Positions 1-13,690 of a DNA stretch of 64,000 bases are shown here, piece after piece (the first letter of the stretch is position 1; each line of letters begins with the position of its first letter). The stretch is from Eledone cirrhosa (Eukaryota). Position numbers and translations under genes: made by a program. The stretch covers positions 414,656,001 through 414,720,000 of the forward strand of contig OZ024741.1 of assembly GCA_964016885.1 (NCBI GenBank), written 5' to 3'. The notes beneath the pieces were generated by a model. It was not told the origin of the DNA. It searched no databases and saw only the letters and a list, made by a program, of their open reading frames with translations.

Positions 1-3000
1 TGACACTCTACCGAGTATAAGACACCAGGAGACCTACATCACACATACATAGGTTTAACACTCTACCGAGTATAAGACACCAGAAGACCTACATCACACA
101 TACATAGGTTTAACACTCTACTGAGTATAAGACACCAGGAGACCTACATCACACATACTTTGGTCTGACACTCTACCGAGTATAAGACACCAGGAGACCT
201 ACATCACACATACTTTGGTCTGACACTCTACCGAGTATAACACACCAGGAGACCTACATCACACGTACTTTGGTCTGACACTCTACCGAGTATAACACAC
301 CAGGAGACCTACATCACACATACATAGGTTTAACACTCTACCGAGTATAAGACACCAGGAGACCTACATCACACGTACTTTGGTCTTACACTCTACCGAG
401 TATGAGACACCAGGAGACCTACATCACACGTACTTTGGTCTTACACTCTACCGAGTATAAGACACCAGGAGACCTACATCACACAGACATAGGTCTGACA
501 CTCTACCGAGTATAAGACACCAGGAGACCTACATCACACATACTTTGGTCTGACACTCTACCGAGTATAAGACACCAGGAGATCTACATCACACATACTT
601 TGGTCTGACACTCTACCGAGTATAACACACCAGGAGACCTACATCACACATACTTTGGTCTCACACTCTACCGAGTATAACACACCAGGAGACCTACAGC
701 ACACATACTTTGGTCTGACACTCTACCGCGTTTAAGACACCAGGAGACCTACATCACACGTACTTTGGTCAGACACTCTACCGAGTATAAGACACCAGGA
801 GACCTACATCACACGTACTTTGGTCTGACACTCTACCCAGTATAAGACACCGGGAGACCTACATCACACATACTTTGGTCTGACACTCTACCGAGTATAA
901 GACACCAGGAGACCTACATCACACGTACTTTGGTCTGACACTCTACCGAGTATAAGACACCAGGAGACCTACATCACACGTACTTTGGTCTGACACTCTA
1001 CCGAGTATAACACACCAGGAGACCTACAGCACACGTACTTTGGTCTGACACTCTACCGAGTATAAGACACCAGGAGACCTACATCACACGTACTTTGGTC
1101 TGACACTCTACCCAGTATAAGACACCGGGAGACCTACATCACACATACTTTGGTCTGACACTCTACCGAGTATAAGACACCAGGAGACCTACATCACACG
1201 TACTTTGGTCTGACACTCTACCGAGTATAAGACACCAGGAGACCTACATCACACGTACTTTGGTCTGACACTCTACCCAGTATAAGACACCGGGAGACCT
1301 ACATCACACATACTTTGGTCTGACACTCTACCGAGTATAAGACACCAGGAGACCTACATCACACGTACTTTGGTCTGACACTCTACCGAGTATAACACAC
1401 CAGGAGACCTACATCACACATACATAGGTCTGACACTCTACCGAGTATAAGACACCAGGAGACCTACATCACACGTACTTTGGTCTGACACTCTACCGAG
1501 TATAACACACCAGGAGACCTACATCACACATTCATAGGTCTGACACTCTACCGAGTATAAGACACCAGGAGACCTACATCACACGTACTTTGGTCTGACA
1601 CTCTACCGAGTATAAGACACCAGGAGACCTACATCACACGTACTTTGGTCTGACACTCTACCGAGTATAAGACACCAGGAGACCTACATCACACGTAATT
1701 TGGTCTGACACTCTACCGAGTATAACACACCAGGAGACCTACATCACACATACATAGGTCTGACACTCTACCGAGTATAAGACACCAGGAGACCTACATC
1801 ACACGTACTTTGGTCTGACACTCTACCGAGTATAAGACACCAGGAGACCTACATCACACGTACTTTGGTCTGACACTCTACCGAGTATAAGACACCAGGA
1901 GACCTACATCACACGTACTTTGGTCTGACACTCTACCGAGTATAAGACACCAGAAGACCTACATCACACATACTTTGGTCTGACACTCTACCGAGTATAA
2001 GACAACAGGAGACCTTCATCACGCATACTTTGGTCTGACACTCTACCGCGTATAAGACACCAGGAGACCTACATTACACGTACTTTGGTCTGACACTCTA
2101 CCGAGTATAAGACACCAGGAGACCTACATCACACGTACTTTGGTCTGACACTCTACCCAGTATAAGACACCGGGAGACCTACATCACACATACTTTGGTC
2201 TGACACTCTACCGAGTATAAGACACCAGGAGACCTACATCACACGTACTTTGGTCTGACACTCTACCGAGTATAAGACGCCAGGAGACCTACATCACACG
2301 TACTTTGGTCTGACACTCTACCGATTATAACACACCAGGAGACCTACATCACACATACTTTGGTCTGACACTCTACCGAGTATAACACACCAGGAGACCT
2401 ACATCACACATACTTTGGTCTGACACTCTACCAAGTATAAGACACCAGGAGACCTACAGCACACATACTTTGGTCTGACACTCTACCAAGTACAAGACAC
2501 CAGGAGACCTACATCACACATACTTTGGTCTGACACTCTACCGAGTATAACACACAGGAGACCTACATCACACATACATAGGTCTGACACTCTACCGAGT
2601 ATAAGACACCAGGAGACCTACATCACACGTACTTTGGTCTGACACTCTACCGAGTATAAGACACCAGGAGACCTACATCACACGTACTTTGGTCTGACAC
2701 TCTACCAAGTATAAGCCACCAGGAGACCTACATCACACATACTTTGGTCTGACACTTTACCGAGTATAAGACACCAGGAGACCTACATCACACATACATA
2801 GGTCTGACACTCTACCGAGTATAAGACACCAGGAGACCTACATCACACATACATAGGTCTGACACTCTACCGAGTATAAGACACCAGGAGACCTACAGCA
2901 CACATACTTTGGTCTCACACCCTACCGAATATAAGACACCAGGAGACCTACATCACACATACTTTGGTCTTACACTCTAGCGAGTATAAGACACCAGGAG

Positions 3001-6000
3001 ACCTACATCACACATACTTTGGTCTTACACTCTACCAAGTATAAGACACCAGGAGACCTACATCACACATACTTTGGTCTGACACTCTACCGAGTATAAG
3101 ACACCAGGAGACCTACATCACACATACATAGGTTTAACACTCTACCGAGTATAAGACACCAGGAGACCTACATCACACATACATAGGTTTAACACTCTAC
3201 TGAGTATAAGACACCAGGAGACCTACATCACACATACTTTGGTCTGACACTCTACCGAGTATAACACACCAGGAGACCTACATCACACGTACTTTGGTCT
3301 GACACTCTACCGAGTATAACACACCAGGAGACCTACATCACACATACATAGGTTTAACACTCTACCGAGTATAAGACACCAGGAGACCTACATCACACGT
3401 ACTTTGGTCTTACACTCTACCGAGTATGAGACACCAGGAGACCTACATCACACGTACTTTGGTCTTACACTCTACCGAGTATAAGACACCAGGAGACCTA
3501 CATCACACAGACATAGGTCTGACACTCTACCGAGTATAAGACACCAGGAGACCTACATCACACATACTTTGGTCTGACACTCTACCGAGTATAAGACACC
3601 AGGAGATCTACATCACACATACTTTGGTCTGACACTCTACCGAGTATAACACACCAGGAGACCTACATCACACATACTTTGGTCTCACACTCTACCGAGT
3701 ATAACACACCAGGAGACCTACAGCACACATACTTTGGTCTGACACTCTACCGCGTTTAAGACACCAGGAGACCTACATCACACGTACTTTGGTCAGACAC
3801 TCTACCGAGTATAAGACACCAGGAGACCTACATCACACGTACTTTGGTCTGACACTCTACCCAGTATAAGACACCGGGAGACCTACATCACACATACTTT
3901 GGTCTGACACTCTACCGAGTATAAGACACCAGGAGACCTACATCACACGTACTTTGGTCTGACACTCTACCGAGTATAAGACACCAGGAGACCTACATCA
4001 CACGTACTTTGGTCTGACACTCTACCGAGTATAACACACCAGGAGACCTACAGCACACGTACTTTGGTCTGACACTCTACCGAGTATAAGACACCAGGAG
4101 ACCTACATCACACGTACTTTGGTCTGACACTCTACCCAGTATAAGACACCGGGAGACCTACATCACACATACTTTGGTCTGACACTCTACCGAGTATAAG
4201 ACACCAGGAGACCTACATCACACGTACTTTGGTCTGACACTCTACCGAGTATAAGACACCAGGAGACCTACATCACACGTACTTTGGTCTGACACTCTAC
4301 CCAGTATAAGACACCGGGAGACCTACATCACACATACTTTGGTCTGACACTCTACCGAGTATAAGACACCAGGAGACCTACATCACACGTACTTTGGTCT
4401 GACACTCTACCGAGTATAACACACCAGGAGACCTACATCACACATACATAGGTCTGACACTCTACCGAGTATAAGACACCAGGAGACCTACATCACACGT
4501 ACTTTGGTCTGACACTCTACCGAGTATAACACACCAGGAGACCTACATCACACATTCATAGGTCTGACACTCTACCGAGTATAAGACACCAGGAGACCTA
4601 CATCACACGTACTTTGGTCTGACACTCTACCGAGTATAAGACACCAGGAGACCTACATCACACGTACTTTGGTCTGACACTCTACCGAGTATAAGACACC
4701 AGGAGACCTACATCACACGTACTTTGGTCTGACACTCTACCGAGTATAACACACCAGGAGACCTACATCACACATACATAGGTCTGACACTCTACCGAGT
4801 ATAAGACACCAGGAGACCTACATCACACATACTTTGGTCTGACACTTTACCGAGTATAAGACACCAGGAGACCTACATCACACATACATAGGTCTGACAC
4901 TCTACCGAGTATAAGACACCAGGAGACCTACATCACACATACATAGGTCTGACACTCTACCGAGTATAAGACACCAGGAGACCTACAGCACACATACTTT
5001 GGTCTCACACCCTACCGAATATAAGACACCAGGAGACCTACATCACACATACTTTGGTCTTACACTCTAGCGAGTATAAGACACCAGGAGACCTACATCA
5101 CACATACTTTGGTCTTACACTCTACCAAGTATAAGACACCAGGAGACCTACATCACACATACTTTGGTCTGACACTCTACCGAGTACAAGACACCAGGAG
5201 ACCTACATCACACATACATAGGTTTAACACTCTACCGAGTATAAGACACCAGGAGACCTACATCACACATACATAGGTTTAACACTCTACTGAGTATAAG
5301 ACACCAGGAGACCTACATCACACATACTTTGGTCTGACACTCTACCGAGTATAAGACACCAGGAGACCTACATCACACATACTTTGGTCTGACACTCTAC
5401 CGAGTATAACACACCAGGAGACCTACATCACACGTACTTTGGTCTGACACTCTACCGAGTATAACACACCAGGAGACCTACATCACACATACATAGGTTT
5501 AACACTCTACCGAGTATAAGACACCAGGAGACCTACATCACACGTACTTTGGTCTTACACTCTACCGAGTATGAGACACCAGGAGACCTACATCACACGT
5601 ACTTTGGTCTTACACTCTACCGAGTATAAGACACCAGGAGACCTACATCACACAGACATAGGTCTGACACTCTACCGAGTATAAGACACCAGGAGACCTA
5701 CATCACACATACTTTGGTCTGACACTCTACCGAGTATAAGACACCAGGAGATCTACATCACACATACTTTGGTCTGACACTCTACCGAGTATAACACACC
5801 AGGAGACCTACATCACACATACTTTGGTCTCACACTCTACCGAGTATAACACACCAGGAGACCTACAGCACACATACTTTGGTCTGACACTCTACCGCGT
5901 TTAAGACACCAGGAGACCTACATCACACGTACTTTGGTCAGACACTCTACCGAGTATAAGACACCAGGAGACCTACATCACACGTACTTTGGTCTGACAC

Positions 6001-7000
6001 TCTACCCAGTATAAGACACCGGGAGACCTACATCACACATACTTTGGTCTGACACTCTACCGAGTATAAGACACCAGGAGACCTACATCACACGTACTTT
6101 GGTCTGACACTCTACCGAGTATAAGACACCAGGAGACCTACATCACACGTACTTTGGTCTGACACTCTACCGAGTATAACACACCAGGAGACCTACAGCA
6201 CACGTACTTTGGTCTGACACTCTACCGAGTATAAGACACCAGGAGACCTACATCACACGTACTTTGGTCTGACACTCTACCCAGTATAAGACACCGGGAG
6301 ACCTACATCACACATACTTTGGTCTGACACTCTACCGAGTATAAGACACCAGGAGACCTACATCACACGTACTTTGGTCTGACACTCTACCGAGTATAAG
6401 ACACCAGGAGACCTACATCACACGTACTTTGGTCTGACACTCTACCCAGTATAAGACACCGGGAGACCTACATCACACATACTTTGGTCTGACACTCTAC
6501 CGAGTATAAGACACCAGGAGACCTACATCACACGTACTTTGGTCTGACACTCTACCGAGTATAACACACCAGGAGACCTACATCACACATACATAGGTCT
6601 GACACTCTACCGAGTATAAGACACCAGGAGACCTACATCACACGTACTTTGGTCTGACACTCTACCGAGTATAACACACCAGGAGACCTACATCACACAT
6701 TCATAGGTCTGACACTCTACCGAGTATAAGACACCAGGAGACCTACATCACACGTACTTTGGTCTGACACTCTACCGAGTATAAGACACCAGGAGACCTA
6801 CATCACACGTACTTTGGTCTGACACTCTACCGAGTATAAGACACCAGGAGACCTACATCACACGTACTTTGGTCTGACACTCTACCGAGTATAACACACC
6901 AGGAGACCTACATCACACATACATAGGTCTGACACTCTACCGAGTATAAGACACCAGGAGACCTACATCACACGTACTTTGGTCTGACACTCTACCGAGT
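1..7000. repeat. Local higher-order duplications: three copies of a ~1.8-2.1 kb monomer block
   Basis: The private marker 'cgcgtttaag' occurs at 727, 3751 and 5896, and 'ttcatagg' at 1531, 4555 and 6700. Spacings are 3024 (55x55-1) and 2145 (39x55). 'tacactctag' occurs at 2971 and 5061 (2090 = 38x55). Boundaries are approximate. Confidence 0.85.
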
Positions 7001-10000
7001 ATAAGACACCAGGAGACCTACATCACACGTACTTTGGTCTGACACTCTACCGAGTATAAGACACCAGGAGACCAACATCACACATACTTTGGTCTGACAC
7101 TCTACCGAGTATAAGACACCAGGAGACCTACATCACACATACATAGGTCTGACACTCTACCGAGTATAAGACACCAGGAGACCTACATCACACGTACTTT
7201 GGTCTGACACTCTACCGAGTATAAGACACCAGGAGACCTACATCACACGTACTTTGGTCTGACACTCTACCGAGTATAAGACACCAGGAGACCAACATCA
7301 CACATACTTTGGTCTGACACTCTACCGAGTATAAGACACCAGGTGACCTACATCACACATACATAGGTCTGACACTCTACCGAGTATAAGACACCAGGAG
7401 ACCTACATCACACGTACTTTGGTCTGACACTCTACCGAGTATAAGACACCAGGAGACCTACATCACACGTATTTTGGTCTGACACTCTACCGAGTATAAG
7501 ACACCAGGAGACCTACATCACACGTACTTTGGTCTGACACTCTACCCAGTATAAGACACCAGGAGACCTACATCACACGTACTTTGGTCTGACACTCTAC
7601 CGAGTATAAGACACCAGGAGACCTACATCACGCATACTTTGGTCTGACACTCTACCGAGTATAAGACACCAGGAGACCTACATCATACGTACTTTGGTCT
7701 GACACACTACCGAGTATAACACACCAGGAGACCTACATCACACATACTTTGGTCTGACACTCTACCGAGTATAACACACCAGGAGACCTACATCACACAT
7801 ACTTTGGTCTGACACTCTACCGAGTATAACACACCAGGAGACCTACATCACACATACTTTGGTCTGACACTCTACCGAGTATAACACACCAGGAGACCTA
7901 CAGCACACATACTTTGGTCTCACACTCTACCGAGTATAACACACGAGGAGACCTACATCGCACATACTTTGGTCTGACACTCTACCGAGTATAACACACC
8001 AGGAGACCTACATCACACATACTTTGGTCTGACACTCTACCGAGTATAACACACCAGGAGGCCTACATCGCACATACTTTGGTCTGACACTCTACCGATT
8101 ATAAGACACCAGGAGACCTACATAAACACATACATAGGTTTAACACACTACTGAGTATAAGACACCAGGAGACCTACATCACACATACATAGGTCTGACA
8201 CTCTACCGAGTATAAGACACCAGGAGACCTACATCACGCATACTTTGGTCTGACACTCTACCGAGTATAAGACACCAGGAGACCTACATCACACGTACTT
8301 TGGTCTGACACTCTACCGAGTATAAGACACCAGGAGACCTACATCACACGTACTTTGGTCTGACACTCTACCGAGTATAACACACCAGGAGACCTACATC
8401 ACACATACATAGGTCTGACACTCTACCGAGTATAAGACACCAGGAGACCTACATCACACGTACTTTGGTCTGACACTCTACCGAGTATAAGACACCAGGA
8501 GACCTACATCACACGTACTTTGCTCTGACACTCTACCGAGTATAAGACACCAGGAGACCAACATCACACATACTTTGGTCTGACACTCTACCGAGTATAA
8601 GACACCAGGAGACCTACATCACACATACATAGGTCTGACACTCTACCGAGTATAAGACACCAGGAGACCTACATCACACGTACTTTGGTCTGACACTCTA
8701 CCGAGTATAAGACACCAGGAGACCTACAGCACACATACTTTGATCTGACACTCTACCGAGTATAAGACACCAGGAGACCTACATCACACGTACTTTGGTC
8801 TGACACTCTACCGAGTATAACACACCAGGAGACCTACATCACACATACATAGATCTGACACTACCGCGTATAAGACACCAGGAGACCTACATCACACGTA
8901 CTTTGGTCTGACACTCTACCGAGTATAAGACACCAGGAGACCTACATCACACGTACTTTGGTCTGACACTCTACCGAGTATAAGACACCAGGAGACCTAC
9001 ATCACACATACATAGGTTTAACACTCTACCGAGTATAAGACACCAGGAGACCTACATCACACATACAGAGGTTTAACACTCTACTGAGTATAAGACACCA
9101 GCAGACCTACATCACACATACTTTGGTCTGACACTCTACCGAGTATAAGACACCAGGAGACCTACATCACACATACTTTGGTCTGACACTCTACCGAGTA
9201 TAAGACACCAGGAGACCTACATCACACGTACTTTGGTCTGACACTCTACCGAATATAAGACACCAGGAGACCTACATCACACATACTTTGGTCTTACACT
9301 CTACCGAGTATAAGACACCAGGAGACCTACATCACACATACTTTGGTCTTACACTCTACCAAGTATAAGACACCAGGAGACCTACATCACACATACTTTG
9401 ATCTGACACTCTACCGAGTATAAGACACCGGGAGACCTACATCACACATATGTTGGTCTGACACTCTACCGAGTATAAGACACCAGGAGACCTACATCAC
9501 ACATACATAGGTCTAACACTCTACCGAGTATAAGACACGAGGAGACCTACATCACACATACTTTGGTCTTACACTCTACCGAGTATAAGACACCTGGAGA
9601 CCTACATCACACGTACTTTGGTCTGACACTCTACCGAGTATAACACACCAGGAGACCTACATCACACGTACTTTGGTCTGACACTCTACCGAGTATAAGA
9701 CACCAGGAGACCTACATCACGCATACTTTGGTCTGACACTCTACCGCGTATAAGACACCAGGAGACCTACATCACACGTACTTTGGTCTGACACTCTACC
9801 GAGTATAAGACACCAGGAGACCTACATCACACGTACTTTGGTCTGACACTCTACCGAGTATAACACACCAGGAGACCTACATCACACATACTTTGGTCTG
9901 ACACTCTACCGAGTATAAGACAACAGGAGACCTACATCACGCATACTTTGGTCTGACACTCTACCGCGTATAAGACACCAGGAGACCTACATCACACGTA

Positions 10001-10289
10001 CTTTGGTCTGACACTCTACCGAGTATAAGACACCAGGAGACCTACATCACACGTACTTTGGTCTGACACTCTACCCAGTATAAGACACCGGGAGACCTAC
10101 ATCACACATACTTTGGTCTGACACTCTACCGAGTATAAGACACCAGGAGACCTACATCACACGTACTTTGGTCTGACACTCTACCGAGTATAAGACACCA
10201 GGAGACCTACATCACACGTACTTTGGTCTGACACTCTACCGATTATAACACACCAGGAGACCTACATCACACATACTTTGGTCTGACAC

Positions 10290-13200
10290 TCTACCGAGTA
10301 TAACACACCAGGAGACCTACATCACACATACTTTGGTCTGACACTCTACCAAGTATAAGACACCAGGAGGCCTACAGCACACATACTTTGGTCTGACACT
10401 CTACCAAGTACAAGACACCAGGAGACCTACATCACACATACTTTGGTCTGACACTCTACCGAGTATAACACACAGGAGACCTACATCACACATACATAGG
10501 TCTGACACTCTACCGAGTATAAGACACCAGGAGACCTACATCACACGTACTTTGGTCTGACACTCTACCGAGTATAAGACACCAGGAGACCTACATCACA
10601 CGTACTTTGGTCTGACACTCTACCGAGTATAAGACACCAGGAGACCTACATCACATGTACTTTGGTCTGACACTCTACCAAGTATAAGCCACCAGGAGAC
10701 CTACATCACACATACTTTGGTCTGACACTTTACCGAGTATAAGACACCAGGAGACCTACATCACACATACATAGGTCTGACACTCTACCGAGTATAAGAC
10801 ACCAGGAGACCTACATCACACATACTTTGGTCTGACACTCTACCGAGTATAAGACACCAGGAGACCTACAGCACACATACTTTGGTCTCACACCCTACCG
10901 AATATAAGACACCAGGAGACCTACATCACACATACTTTGGTCTTACACTCTACCGAGTATAAGACACCAGGAGACCTACATCACACATACTTTGGTCTTA
11001 CACTCTACCAAGTATAAGACACCAGGAGACCTACATCACACATACTTTGGTCTGACACTCTACCGAGTATAAGACACCAGGAGACCTACATCACACATAC
11101 ATAGGTTTAACACTCTACCGAGTATAAGACACCTGGAGACCTACATCACACATACATAGGTTTAACACTCTACTGAGTATAAGACACCAGGAGACCTACA
11201 TCACACATACTTTGGTCTGACACTCTACCGAGTATAAGACACCAGGAGACCTACATCACACATACTTTGGTCTGACACTCTACCGAGTATAACACACCAG
11301 GAGACCTACATCACACGTACTTTGGTCTGACACTCTACCGAGTATAACACACCAGGAGACCTACATCACGCATACATAGGTTTAACACTCTACCGAGTAT
11401 AAGACACCAGGAGACCTACATCACACGTACTTTGGTCTCACACTCTACCGAGTATAAGACACCAGGAGACCTACATCACACAGACATAGGTCTGACACTC
11501 TACCGAGTATAAGACACCAGGAGACCTACATCACACATACTTTGGTCTGACACTCTACCGAGTATAAGACACCAGGAGACCTACATCACACATACTTTGG
11601 TCTGACACTCTACCGAGTATAACACACCAGGAGACCTACATCACACGTACTTTGGTCTGACACTCTACCGAGTATAACACACCAGGAGACCTACATCACA
11701 CATACATAGGTTTAACACTCTACCGAGTATAAGACACCAGGAGACCTACATCACACGTACTTTGGTCTCACACTCTACCGAGTATAAGACACCAGGAGAC
11801 CTACATCACACAGACATAGGTCTGACACTCTACCGAGTATGAGACACCAGGAGACCTACATCACACGTACTTTGGTCTTACACTCTACCGAGTATAAGAC
11901 ACCAGGAGACCTACATCACACAGACATAGGTCTGACACTCTACCGAGTATAAGACACCAGGAGACCTACATCACACATACTTTGGTCTGACACTCTACCG
12001 AGTATAACACACCAGGAGACCTACATCACACATACTTTGGTCTGACACTCTACCAAGTATAAGACACCAGGAGGCCTACAGCACACATACTTTGGTCTGA
12101 CACTCTACCAAGTACAAGACACCAGGAGACCTACATCACACATACTTTGGTCTGACACTCTACCGAGTATAACACACAGGAGACCTACATCACACATACA
12201 TAGGTCTGACACTCTACCGAGTATAAGACACCAGGAGACCTACATCACACGTACTTTGGTCTGACACTCTACCGAGTATAAGACACCAGGAGACCTACAT
12301 CACACGTACTTTGGTCTGACACTCTACCGAGTATAAGACACCAGGAGACCTACATCACATGTACTTTGGTCTGACACTCTACCAAGTATAAGCCACCAGG
12401 AGACCTACATCACACATACTTTGGTCTGACACTTTACCGAGTATAAGACACCAGGAGACCTACATCACACATACATAGGTCTGACACTCTACCGAGTATA
12501 AGACACCAGGAGACCTACATCACACATACATAGGTCTGACACTCTACCGAGTATAAGACACCAGGAGACCTACAGCACACATACTTTGGTCTCACACCCT
12601 ACCGAATATAAGACACCAGGAGACCTACATCACACATACTTTGGTCTTACACTCTACCGAGTATAAGACACCAGGAGACCTACATCACACATACTTTGGT
12701 CTTACACTCTACCAAGTATAAGACACCAGGAGACCTACATCACACATACTTTGGTCTGACACTCTACCGAGTATAAGACACCAGGAGACCTACATCACAC
12801 ATACATAGGTTTAACACTCTACCGAGTATAAGACACCTGGAGACCTACATCACACATACATAGGTTTAACACTCTACTGAGTATAAGACACCAGGAGACC
12901 TACATCACACATACTTTGGTCTGACACTCTACCGAGTATAAGACACCAGGAGACCTACATCACACATACTTTGGTCTGACACTCTACCGAGTATAACACA
13001 CCAGGAGACCTACATCACACGTACTTTGGTCTGACACTCTACCGAGTATAACACACCAGGAGACCTACATCACACATACATAGGTTTAACACTCTACCGA
13101 GTATAAGACACCAGGAGACCTACATCACACGTACTTTGGTCTCACACTCTACCGAGTATAAGACACCAGGAGACCTACATCACACAGACATAGGTCTGAC

Positions 13201-13690
13201 ACTCTACCGAGTATAAGACACCAGGAGACCTACATCACACATACTTTGGTCTGACACTCTACCGAGTATAAGACACCAGGAGACCTACATCACACATACT
13301 TTGGTCTGACACTCTACCGAGTATAACACACCAGGAGACCTACATCACACGTACTTTGGTCTGACACTCTACCGAGTATAACACACCAGGAGACCTACAT
13401 CACACATACATAGGTTTAACACTCTACCGAGTATAAGACACCAGGAGACCTACATCACACGTACTTTGGTCTCACACTCTACCGAGTATAAGACACCAGG
13501 AGACCTACATCACACAGACATAGGTCTGACACTCTACCGAGTATGAGACACCAGGAGACCTACATCACACGTACTTTGGTCTTACACTCTACCGAGTATA
13601 AGACACCAGGAGACCTACATCACACAGACATAGGTCTGACACTCTACCGAGTATAAGACACCAGGAGACCTACATCACACATACTTTGGT
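10290..13690. repeat. Tandem duplication of a 31-monomer block (1,704 bp)
   Basis: The deletion marker 'aacacacagg' occurs at 10467 and 12171, and 'cacatgtac' at 10652 and 12356. Both spacings are 1704 (31x55-1). Boundaries are approximate. Confidence 0.8.

Noticed and set aside
16-21. TATAAG as a TATA box or promoter
   Set aside because: It is a short motif repeated in every monomer, with no downstream gene or other supporting evidence.
29-34. BsaI site (GAGACC) in nearly every monomer suggesting a synthetic Golden Gate concatemer
   Set aside because: Hierarchically shared natural-looking variants, CpG-decay products and nested HORs indicate natural evolution. The site is only useful for a restriction ladder test.
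1-55. CENP-B box, telomeric repeat, V(D)J RSS or tRNA/5S-derived unit
   Set aside because: I see no TTCG....A..CGGG, TTAGGG-type, CACAGTG/ACAAAAACC or Pol III A/B-box match in the consensus on either strand.
1-165. Satellite-encoded hammerhead ribozyme or retrozyme (as in newt satellite 2 or Schistosoma Sm-alpha)
   Set aside because: The core motifs CUGANGA and GAAA are absent from both strands of the consensus. The CTGA present is followed by CAC.
591-8860. Compensatory pairs in hairpin B (agatct in the left arm with gatct in the right arm; aggcc with ggcct)
   Set aside because: Both half-variants exist, but I never saw them together in the same monomer, so they are not evidence of covariation.
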